Assembly (NCBI GenBank): GCA_045612225.1
Contig: JAZKYP010000015.1
Coordinates: 34,125 to 98,124, forward strand
DNA from: Candidatus Enterocola sp.
Lineage (GTDB): Bacteria > Bacteroidota > Bacteroidia > Bacteroidales > Paludibacteraceae
DNA: 64,000 nucleotides
Direction: 5' to 3'
Part shown: piece after piece, positions 56,985 through 64,000 of the stretch
Numbering within the stretch: the stretch's first letter is position 1
Layout: every line of letters begins with the position of its first letter
The notes under the pieces: generated by a model
The model's input: the letters and a program-made list of their open reading frames with translations, nothing else
What the model was told of the DNA's origin: nothing
The model's database searches: none
Position numbers and translations under genes: made by a program

Positions 56985-58636
56985 TGTTTAACCGAAGGTT
57001 CTATTGTTTTAAGAAATTGCTCTTGCATTATCTCAAGTGCCTTAATTATAGTTTCATCTTTTGAGTTAAGGATAGGGTAGAATGCCTTTTCACCAATAAT
57101 GTTTCTACTAATATAAGCTTTAAGGATATTGTTAATCACGTCTGCACATTCATCTCTGCCTGCAGTTTCAGTGGTTAAGCCCTTGCTTTCTGCAAACTTA
57201 TAGAATTGTAGATTTATGTTTTCTTTGTCTAGATAATCACACAAATCTGTATATTCCTTAAACTTCTTAAGTGTGTCTCTGTTTTTGTCGGCATATTGGA
57301 ATGCAAAACTATAGGTGTAACCCTTGTTTTGTGCTTCGGTGTAGTATGGAGTGTGACCAGTGGTGTCTTGTGGCACGAAATAGTCTGGCATAATACCACC
57401 ACCGCCATATACTACACGACCATTTTTGGTATAGTATTTAATGCTGTCGCCAGCCACAATGCTATCAGAAGAGAAGAACTCACCATGCTCATAGCGGTTT
57501 AGAAGGTCTTTTTCATACTCTTCTAGATTGCCGCCCTCGTATGGTTTTTGAATACTTCTACCAGAAGGAGTGTAGTAGTGAGCAATAGTTATGCGCACTT
57601 GTGAATCGTCGAAAAGAGGCACTTGTTGTTGAACAAGACCTTTACCAAACGACCTACGACCAACAATAATGCCACGGTCTTGGTCTTGGATTGCACCAGC
57701 AAAAATTTCACTAGCAGAAGCAGACCACTCGTTAATTAGCACGCAAACAGGCACATTTTTAAACATACCTTTGCCATTGGCAATAGCGTCTTCTCTTGGG
57801 TAACTTCTACCTTCGGTATAAACTATAAGTTCACCTTTTTCAAGGAACTCGTTTATCATTTTAATAGCTGCGTGAAGATAACCACCAGAATTGTATCTTA
57901 GGTCTATCATAAATTCTTCACAGCCTTGTTTTTTTAGTTTGGTAAGTTCTGTAACAAACTCGTTGTAGGTGTTTGCACCAAAACGGCTCACTTTAATGTA
58001 ACCTATTTTAGGAGTAAGAGCATATGCAATATCTACACTGTTTACAGGAATGTCGCCACGAGTTATAGTGAAATATAGTGTTTCTGCACTAGAATTACGT
58101 TTAATACCAACATTTACTTTAGTTCCTTTTTCGCCTCGAAGTGTTTTTAGAACTTTGTTGTTATTAATATTTTTACCTACAAAAGTGCTGTCGTTTACCT
58201 CTATTATGCGGTCGCCTGGCATAATGCCAACCTTTTCAGAAGGACCACCTGCAATTACATCTACCACCATAACGGTGTCGTTTTGTATGTTGAATTGCAC
58301 ACCAATACCGCTAAAACTACCTTCAAGCTCCTCGTTTGCCATTTCAGCTTCTTCCTTTGGCACGTATGTGCTATGTGGGTCTAGTTCTTCCAAAACCATT
58401 GGAATAATTTTCTCTGTAAGTTCATCTGTTTTGATAGAATCTACATACATAGATTTAAGTAGCATTAGCACATAATTCAACTTGTTGAAATTATTGCTAG
58501 CAGATGGAAAAGAAACTTGGTTTTCAGTGATAGGTGCATTTGCATTAGCCGCCTGATTTTCTTTAGGAAGCATAACTCCGAGCAACACGCCTAAAGCTAA
58601 AGCCAATGATGCTATGATAGGTAATCTATTTTTCAT
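56981..58636 (-). CDS. S41-family C-terminal processing peptidase
   Basis: 551 aa with a signal/TM anchor, a PDZ domain (GGPSEKVGIMPGDRIIEVND), a catalytic Ser context (NEWSASASEIFAGAIQD), and Lys (GKGLVQ). Confidence 0.88.
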   Translation of the reverse strand: MKNRLPIIASLALALGVLLGVMLPKENQAANANAPITENQVSFPSASNNFNKLNYVLMLLKSMYVDSIKTDELTEKIIPMVLEELDPHSTYVPKEEAEMANEELEGSFSGIGVQFNIQNDTVMVVDVIAGGPSEKVGIMPGDRIIEVNDSTFVGKNINNNKVLKTLRGEKGTKVNVGIKRNSSAETLYFTITRGDIPVNSVDIAYALTPKIGYIKVSRFGANTYNEFVTELTKLKKQGCEEFMIDLRYNSGGYLHAAIKMINEFLEKGELIVYTEGRSYPREDAIANGKGMFKNVPVCVLINEWSASASEIFAGAIQDQDRGIIVGRRSFGKGLVQQQVPLFDDSQVRITIAHYYTPSGRSIQKPYEGGNLEEYEKDLLNRYEHGEFFSSDSIVAGDSIKYYTKNGRVVYGGGGIMPDYFVPQDTTGHTPYYTEAQNKGYTYSFAFQYADKNRDTLKKFKEYTDLCDYLDKENINLQFYKFAESKGLTTETAGRDECADVINNILKAYISRNIIGEKAFYPILNSKDETIIKALEIMQEQFLKTIEPSVKQ

Positions 58637-59060
58637 TTTCTTTAAGTGGTAGGTGACAAACTTCTACGCCTGCTCTTCTAAGTAGGTCTAGGCCATCTGT
58701 TACATGATATTCTTCTGAGTAAACCACGCGCACAATGCCTGCTTGAATAATAAGTTTAGAACATTCAATGCAAGGAGATGTGGTTACATAAATAGTAGCG
58801 CCGTCGCTATTGTTGTGTGAGCGAGCCACTTTTGTTATGGCATTTGCCTCTGCGTGTAATACGTAAGGTTTTGTCTTGAAATCGTCGTCTTCACACACAT
58901 TTTCAAAGCCAGAAGGTGTGCCATTGAAACCATCAGAAATAATCATTCTGTCTTTTACCAAAATGGCACCCACCTGACGGCGTTGGCAGTATGAGTTTTC
59001 AGCCCACACGTATGCCATTCTCATGTATCTTTTATCTATTTTCTCTTGTTTATTTTCCAT
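58626..59060 (-). CDS. Deoxycytidylate (dCMP) deaminase
   Basis: 144 aa with zinc motifs HAEANAI and PCIECSKLI. Confidence 0.88.
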   Translation of the reverse strand: MENKQEKIDKRYMRMAYVWAENSYCQRRQVGAILVKDRMIISDGFNGTPSGFENVCEDDDFKTKPYVLHAEANAITKVARSHNNSDGATIYVTTSPCIECSKLIIQAGIVRVVYSEEYHVTDGLDLLRRAGVEVCHLPLKENEK

Positions 59061-60067
59061 TAGTTCAATAATAAAATAACGTAAACTATGTATGCGGCCA
59101 CCATGCAGATGCCTTCGAATCTAGTCATTATAGAATAGACTTTTTCGTCTTTGATTTTCTTAACGATTCTCTCAAATGGTATCACTGTTAGGGCAAGTAT
59201 TGCTACAAAGATTATCATCCAATAGAAGTCGAAACTAAATGATGCAAAGTCGAAGTTTTCGATTGGGGTGATAAGGGCAGAACAGCCAATAACAAATAGA
59301 ATATTGAAAATATTTGAGCCAACAACGTTGCCAATGGCAATGTCGTTTTCTTTTCTAATTGCTGCCATAATTGAGGTGGCAAGTTCTGGTATGCTAGTGC
59401 CAAATGCCACTAGGGTAACAGAGATAACTCTTTCAGAAACACCAAAGTCTTTAGCTATACTCACAGCAGAATCGATAAGCAAATTAGCACCCACGGTAAG
59501 AGCCGCACAAGATGCCACAATCATAATAATGGCACTTATCATATTAAGGTCTTTTTCCTTTGGAGTTTCTTCCTTAACAGGTTCTTCTGCAGGTGGTGTT
59601 GCTTGAACTGTTGCTTTGGCATCTTTCTTTCCTTTGTATATTGAAAGTAATGTGAATAGTATAATTAAAACTACAAATATCAATCCTTCGCAACGACTAA
59701 TAACGCTATCTTGTGCTAATATGTAAAATAGCAGAGAACAGAAAATCATAAATGGAACGTCTATCTTTACAGAGGTTCTATTCACTGCCATTGGGAGTAT
59801 CAATGCTGTGATACCAAGTATAAGACCAATGTTTGCAATGTTTGAGCCCACCACATTACCGATACTCATTTCTGAGTGTCCTTGAAGTGCTGATTGAAGT
59901 GAAACTATAAACTCAGGAGACGATGTGCCAAATGCCACAATGGTCATACCAATAATAAGTGTAGGTACTTTAAAACGTTTGGCAACAGCCACGCCACCTT
60001 TCACAAGATAGTTGCCTCCTGCGATAAGTAATAATAGACCTGCTATTAGATATAAATACGTTAACAT
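59060..60067 (-). CDS. Ca2+/Na+ antiporter, CaCA family (YrbG-like)
   Basis: 335 aa with about 10 TM segments and two alpha-repeat motifs (GTSSPEF...GNVVGSNIANI and GTSIPELATS...GNVVGSNIFNI). Confidence 0.88.
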   Translation of the reverse strand: MLTYLYLIAGLLLLIAGGNYLVKGGVAVAKRFKVPTLIIGMTIVAFGTSSPEFIVSLQSALQGHSEMSIGNVVGSNIANIGLILGITALILPMAVNRTSVKIDVPFMIFCSLLFYILAQDSVISRCEGLIFVVLIILFTLLSIYKGKKDAKATVQATPPAEEPVKEETPKEKDLNMISAIIMIVASCAALTVGANLLIDSAVSIAKDFGVSERVISVTLVAFGTSIPELATSIMAAIRKENDIAIGNVVGSNIFNILFVIGCSALITPIENFDFASFSFDFYWMIIFVAILALTVIPFERIVKKIKDEKVYSIMTRFEGICMVAAYIVYVILLLN

Positions 60068-60188
60068 CTGATATTTTTTTATGATTATTTTGTTTGTGTT
60101 TCCTTGCGGTCCCTGAGCTTGTCGACGTGTTGATGACCGTCAGGGAATAAGGGTCGAATGGCTCGGGGCTAATCATTGTCCGTTACAA
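60068..60188 (-). promoter_or_regulatory. Structured, GC-rich 5' leader of about 120 nt before the CaCA antiporter operon (candidate cis-regulatory RNA)
   Basis: Lies between the minus-strand -7 box (60194-60201) and the ATG at 60067. Helices pair 60081-60087 with 60170-60176, 60102-60105 with 60149-60152, and 60110-60116 with 60140-60146. Local G+C is clearly above the surrounding AT-rich spacers. Confidence 0.4.
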
Positions 60189-60193
60189 TCTTG

Positions 60194-60201
60194 CAAAGTT
60201 A
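60194..60201 (-). promoter_or_regulatory. Putative -7 promoter box for the CaCA antiporter operon
   Basis: The reverse complement reads TAACTTTG. Confidence 0.45.
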
Positions 60202-60214
60202 ACGATTTTTTGTG

Positions 60215-60222
60215 TACCTTTG
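60215..60222 (+). promoter_or_regulatory. Putative -7 promoter box for apbE
   Basis: TACCTTTG, about 18 nt upstream of the ATG at 60241. Confidence 0.5.
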
Positions 60223-60240
60223 TCATAAATTTGATAAAAA

Positions 60241-61155
60241 ATGAAACGACTAATAATAGCTGTGCTTTTAGCTTTTACGCTTCTTTCTTGTGGTAGAATG
60301 GAGTATAGAAAGTCTGCGGGAAAGGTGTTCGGTACTTATTATGCCATTACATACCAGGCGAGAGAAGATTTAACCCAAGGCATGCGTGAAGTTATGGGAA
60401 GGGTAAACAAATCACTTTCTACTTTTGATAGCACTTCTGTGATTTCAAAAGTGAATGCAAACAAACCTGTGGTGCTAGATACTTTGTTTATTAATATGTT
60501 TAACAAAGCTCAAGAGATTTCTGCTATTACTGGTGGTGCTTTTGATATTACAGTAGCTCCACTTGTAAATGCTTGGGGATTTGGTTTCGACCCTTCTAGC
60601 GATAAAAAATGGCTTTCTGCCTCTCAGGTGGATAGCATAATGCAGTTCGTTGGATATAAAAAGGTGTGGATTGAAGATTCTACACTAGTAAAGGCAGACC
60701 CTCGCATAAAACTAGATGCTTCTGCTATTGCAAAAGGTTATGCTTGTGATCTTGTGGCAGAATATTTGCGTAGCCAAGGTTGTGAAAACTTTATGGTGGA
60801 TATAGGTGGTGAACTTGTTGTGTCTGGTGTAAGTCCTAGAGGTACAAAGTGGAGAGTGGGAGTGAGCAAACCAGAAAATACATCTGATGCTGCTGTGGCT
60901 GAAGTGATGGAGATTACAAACTGCGCTGTGGCTACCTCTGGAAATTACAGACAGTTTTATTATACCGAAGATGGCATGGTGGGTCACACAATAGATCCTC
61001 GCACTGGTCGCCCTGCCGTAAACAATATTGTAAGTGCTACCATTATTGCTCCAACTTGCATGGAAGCCGATGCCTTTGCCACCGCCTCTATGGTAGTGTC
61101 AGATTCGCTCGTTATTCGCTCTTGGGGAAGAGAGAGTAAACTTATTTATAAATAA
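60241..61155 (+). CDS. apbE: FAD:protein FMN transferase (ApbE) lipoprotein
   Basis: 304 aa with lipobox LLSCG and the ApbE motifs GGAFDITVAPL, DASAIAKGY, VDIGGE, ATSGNY and CMEADAFATA. Confidence 0.88.
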   Translation: MKRLIIAVLLAFTLLSCGRMEYRKSAGKVFGTYYAITYQAREDLTQGMREVMGRVNKSLSTFDSTSVISKVNANKPVVLDTLFINMFNKAQEISAITGGAFDITVAPLVNAWGFGFDPSSDKKWLSASQVDSIMQFVGYKKVWIEDSTLVKADPRIKLDASAIAKGYACDLVAEYLRSQGCENFMVDIGGELVVSGVSPRGTKWRVGVSKPENTSDAAVAEVMEITNCAVATSGNYRQFYYTEDGMVGHTIDPRTGRPAVNNIVSATIIAPTCMEADAFATASMVVSDSLVIRSWGRESKLIYK

Positions 61156-61784
61156 GGATTGTAGATTTTTTCTTCGGCGATGGTGGTGGATGGACCGTGG
61201 CCAGGGTAAACAATGGTGTTTTCTGGTAGGGTCATGATGCGTTTGGTTAGGGATGAAATAAGAGTGGCATAGTCGCCGCCAGGAAGGTCTGTACGACCGA
61301 TACTTCCTTTAAATAGGCTGTCGCCAATAATTAAAATGCCGTCTTTTTCATTGTAAAAACCAACTCCTCCTGCGCTATGACCTGGCACAGAAATTACACG
61401 CAATGTAGTTTCACCAAATGTAATTTCATCGCCGTCGTTTAGGTATGAATCAAGCTCTTGAATGTCGCCATGGTATGGAATGCCAAAGACTTGGGCGTAT
61501 GATTTTAGCATATTCAAGTTGCTTTCTTCTTTTTTGTCGGCTTTCGCCTTAATTCCATATTTTTTATACAAAAAATCGTTGCCAAAGCAGTGGTCTAGGT
61601 GTAGGTGAGTGTTAAGCGCTGCCACAAGTTCCAATCCATTGGTTTCTAGGTAGTTGCTAAATTCTTTTTCCTCGTAGTCGTAAAGAATACCAGCATCTAC
61701 TACCACACATTTTTTGCTTGCTTCGTCGATAAGCAAATATGTGTTTTCTTGAATTGGGTTTGTTACAAATGTTTTAACTAGCAT
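61146..61784 (-). CDS. MBL-fold metallo-hydrolase (glyoxalase II-like)
   Basis: 212 aa with the HLHLDH (HxHxDH) motif and PGHSAG. The 3' end overlaps the convergent apbE by 10 nt. Confidence 0.85.
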   Translation of the reverse strand: MLVKTFVTNPIQENTYLLIDEASKKCVVVDAGILYDYEEKEFSNYLETNGLELVAALNTHLHLDHCFGNDFLYKKYGIKAKADKKEESNLNMLKSYAQVFGIPYHGDIQELDSYLNDGDEITFGETTLRVISVPGHSAGGVGFYNEKDGILIIGDSLFKGSIGRTDLPGGDYATLISSLTKRIMTLPENTIVYPGHGPSTTIAEEKIYNPYL

Positions 61785-61793
61785 AACTCCTAA

Positions 61794-62417
61794 CTAACGT
61801 AGTGGCAGGTACACTGCTTTTTTGGTTTGGAAATATTCTTCTTTGTAGAACTCGGTAAGTTCGTACACAGAAGCAAGCTTTTTGTATGGTTTAAGTTCTT
61901 CTGTCATTTCACCGCCTTTTAGGCAGATAAGACCATTTGGAAGAGCATTTTTGTCGGTTTTGCTAATGTTTTTCTTGCAAACTTTTACAAGGTCGGTAAG
62001 ATTCATAGCTGCACGGCTCACTGCAAAGTCGTAAAGACCTTTTTCGTTTTCCATACGGTCGTTTACAAAACGAACATTTTTAAGACCAATTGCATTTGCT
62101 ACTTCAGAAGCCACTTTGATTTTTTTGCCAACAGAATCGAGTAGGGTAAACTCGCAATTTGGGAACAAAATAGCTAGTGGAATGCCAGGGAAACCACCGC
62201 CAGTACCTATATCAATGATTTTGCTTCCGTCTTGGAAAGGCAAAATTTTACCAATCACCATGCTGTGAAGCACGTGATGTAGGTATAGTTTGTCAATGTC
62301 TTTGCGTGAAATAACATTGATTTTTGAGTTCCAATCGGTATATAGGGCTTCTAATTGTTTAAATTGAGCAATTTGCTCTTCAGATAGCCCTTTGAAATAT
62401 TTTAAAATAATTTCCAT
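61794..62417 (-). CDS. rsmG: 16S rRNA (guanine527-N7)-methyltransferase
   Basis: 207 aa with the GidB-family SAM motif IDIGTGGGFPGIPLAI. Confidence 0.88.
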   Translation of the reverse strand: MEIILKYFKGLSEEQIAQFKQLEALYTDWNSKINVISRKDIDKLYLHHVLHSMVIGKILPFQDGSKIIDIGTGGGFPGIPLAILFPNCEFTLLDSVGKKIKVASEVANAIGLKNVRFVNDRMENEKGLYDFAVSRAAMNLTDLVKVCKKNISKTDKNALPNGLICLKGGEMTEELKPYKKLASVYELTEFYKEEYFQTKKAVYLPLR

Positions 62418-62418
62418 A

Positions 62419-62991
62419 TTACGCTACTCCTGAAAATCCCATAAACGCCATGGCAAGCAGACCAGCTACTATAAGAGCAATTGGTGTGCCTTGCATTGCT
62501 TTTGGAAGTGATGAAAAACGAAGTTGTTCACGTAGTCCTGCAAATAGGATAAGAGCAAGTCCAAAACCTATTGAGGTAGAAAGTGCAAAGAATAGACTCT
62601 CGATAAGAGAGAAATTCTTTTGAATTACTAAAATTGCAACACCTAAAATGGTACAGTTTGTGGTAATAAGTGGTAGGAACACCCCTAGAGCTTGATAAAG
62701 TGCAGGAGAAATCTTCTTTAAGATGATTTCTATCATTTGCACAAGAGCCGCAATTACAAGGATATATACAATAGTTTGCATAAATCCTATTTCTAGAGGC
62801 ACTAGCACATAGTTTTGAATAAGGAATGTGCAAAGTGTAGCAAGCACCATAACGAATGCCACTGCCGCACTCATACCCATGGCTGTGTCTAACTTTTTAG
62901 AAACGCCAAGGAAAGGGCAAATCCCAAGGAATTGAGATAGCACTATATTATTTACAAAAACTGCAGAAATAAATATTAGAAAGTAACTCAT
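62419..62991 (-). CDS. rnfA: RNF electron transport complex subunit A
   Basis: 190 aa; NNIVLSQFLGICPFLGVSKK is the RnfA/NqrE family signature. Confidence 0.9.
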   Translation of the reverse strand: MSYFLIFISAVFVNNIVLSQFLGICPFLGVSKKLDTAMGMSAAVAFVMVLATLCTFLIQNYVLVPLEIGFMQTIVYILVIAALVQMIEIILKKISPALYQALGVFLPLITTNCTILGVAILVIQKNFSLIESLFFALSTSIGFGLALILFAGLREQLRFSSLPKAMQGTPIALIVAGLLAMAFMGFSGVA

Positions 62992-62993
62992 AA

Positions 62994-63578
62994 TTATTTA
63001 TTTTTAAAGTGTTGAATTGTTGCCATTAATAAACCTAATACAATGAAAGCACCAGGAGCTAAAATGAATATTAGCATACTATAATCTTCTGGATAAATGC
63101 TAATATTAAAGATATGTCCACTGCCTAGGAACTCTCTGATAGCACCAATCACAGTAAGTGAAAGGGTGAAGCCAAGTCCCATGCCAAGACCGTCTAGAGC
63201 AGAGTCTAAAACAGAATTTTTAGCAGCAAATGCTTCTGCACGACCCAGTACAATGCAGTTTACCACAATAAGTGGGATAAACAGACCAAGACTGTCTGAA
63301 ATGGCTGGAGCCCAAGCTTTTAAGCAAAGTTCTACGATAGTAACGAACGATGCAATAATAACGATGAACGCAGGAATACGTACACTATCTGGAATAAGTT
63401 TTTTAACTAGTGAAATTACTGCGTTTGAACACAATAACACGCTTGCTGTGGCAAGACCCATACCAAGGCCATTGATAGCAGAGGTAGTGGTGGCAAGTGT
63501 TGGACACATACCAAGTAAAAGAATGAACGTTGGGTTCTCTTTTAAAATGCCGTTGAAAAGTATTTTTAGTTTATTCAT
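62994..63578 (-). CDS. rnfE: RNF electron transport complex subunit E
   Basis: 194 aa; NPTFILLLGMCPTLATT is the RnfE/NqrD family signature. Confidence 0.9.
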   Translation of the reverse strand: MNKLKILFNGILKENPTFILLLGMCPTLATTTSAINGLGMGLATASVLLCSNAVISLVKKLIPDSVRIPAFIVIIASFVTIVELCLKAWAPAISDSLGLFIPLIVVNCIVLGRAEAFAAKNSVLDSALDGLGMGLGFTLSLTVIGAIREFLGSGHIFNISIYPEDYSMLIFILAPGAFIVLGLLMATIQHFKNK

Positions 63579-64000
63579 TGGTCACCTCCATTTCTAGTTC
63601 TGTTGCTGCTGTAGTACCATCCACTTCAAGTTCTGTAGCAGAAGTTACTGCGTCTGTGTCATCGTCTTCTTCTTGTAGAAGAGTTTCGCTTGCGTTTTCT
63701 ACTGCGTTAAGGAATGCACGAGAAGATATTGTAGCAGCGGTAATAGCATCCACATCGCCACCATCTTGTTTTACCTTAAAGTCTGTATCTATGCGTTTAC
63801 CATTGATTTGATTTTTAAACCAATCCACACATTTTGTACCTAAACCAGGAGTTTCTTTTTGCGAAAGCACTTCGTAGTTTACAATATTGTTAGCCTTGTC
63901 TAAACCAACCATAATAATAATTTGGTCAGAGAAGCCCATTGCGCTAGCAATTGTTGCCACACCCACATATTGGTTGCCTTTAAATGCCTTAAACACAGGA
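63571..64000 (-). CDS. rnfG: RNF electron transport complex subunit G (FMN-binding); 5' end lies beyond the right window edge
   Basis: The reading frame is open to the window edge; the track's M is a GTG at 63994-63996. FMN_bind domain with the attachment context GGDVDAITAATISS. An unusual acidic C-terminal tail follows (see findings). Overlaps the rnfE start by 8 nt. Confidence 0.85.
   Translation of the reverse strand, partial: PVFKAFKGNQYVGVATIASAMGFSDQIIIMVGLDKANNIVNYEVLSQKETPGLGTKCVDWFKNQINGKRIDTDFKVKQDGGDVDAITAATISSRAFLNAVENASETLLQEEDDDTDAVTSATELEVDGTTAATELEMEVTNE

Noticed and set aside
59970-60176. 68-aa minus-strand ORF overlapping the GC-rich leader and the 5' end of the CaCA antiporter gene.
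   Set aside because: It is out of frame with the antiporter and overlaps it by about 100 nt, and it resembles no protein I recognise. It starts only about 12 nt downstream of the likely transcription start. The region is better read as structured RNA. An upstream small ORF cannot be fully excluded.
1-64000. Scanned for mobile elements, prophage, CRISPR arrays, restriction-modification, toxin-antitoxin or other defence and accessory islands.
   Set aside because: No transposase, integrase or recombinase ORFs were seen, and no spaced direct-repeat arrays. No compositional island stood out other than the single LRR gene. Gene content is housekeeping throughout, so I do not claim a novel multi-gene system here.

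Overview
This 64-kb window looks like core chromosome from an AT-rich Bacteroidota genome, probably Bacteroidales. Several lineage markers support that call:
- many intergenic matches to the Bacteroidetes sigma-A -7 box TAnnTTTG, with no Shine-Dalgarno sequences;
- a MurF-Alr fusion;
- the bamD-rpoZ-coaBC-DUF4835-recN gene order;
- a BspA-type leucine-rich-repeat protein with a type IX secretion (T9SS) C-terminal tail;
- both NQR and RNF complexes plus ApbE.

Coding density is very high. I call about 58 CDS, and almost all are housekeeping genes:
- cell wall: murF/alr, glmM;
- isoprenoid and cofactor synthesis: dxs, panB, coaBC, folD, queC, queF;
- Asp-family amino acids: lysC, lysA, thrA, asnA;
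- pyrimidines: pyrBI and a dCMP deaminase;
- respiration: nqrABCDEF, rnfGEA (rnfG cut by the right edge), apbE;
- replication, repair and translation: priA, recN, ffh, argS, rsmG, rluB, ttcA, mnmD.

There are two tRNAs, His-GUG and Arg-CCG, and nine clear hairpin terminators.

I found no transposase, integrase, phage, CRISPR, toxin-antitoxin or recognisable defence genes, and no convincing novel multi-gene system. The features worth a second look are mostly non-coding:
- two long GC-enriched imperfect hairpins that each begin at a stop codon (after dxs and after the purF-like gene);
- a GC-rich structured 5' leader upstream of a CaCA cation antiporter operon;
- an orphan consensus promoter plus intrinsic terminator upstream of nqrA, which could be a small RNA or an attenuator;
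- a heptamer tandem repeat inside the nqrA promoter region.

There are also some protein- and tRNA-level oddities: extra flavinylation-type motifs in the RnfG tail, a PurF homologue without the N-terminal Cys, tandem U-U mismatches in tRNA-His, and near-identical 5' ends of lysC and thrA.

All calls come from reading the sequence and the ORF track by eye. No searches or folding programs were run.
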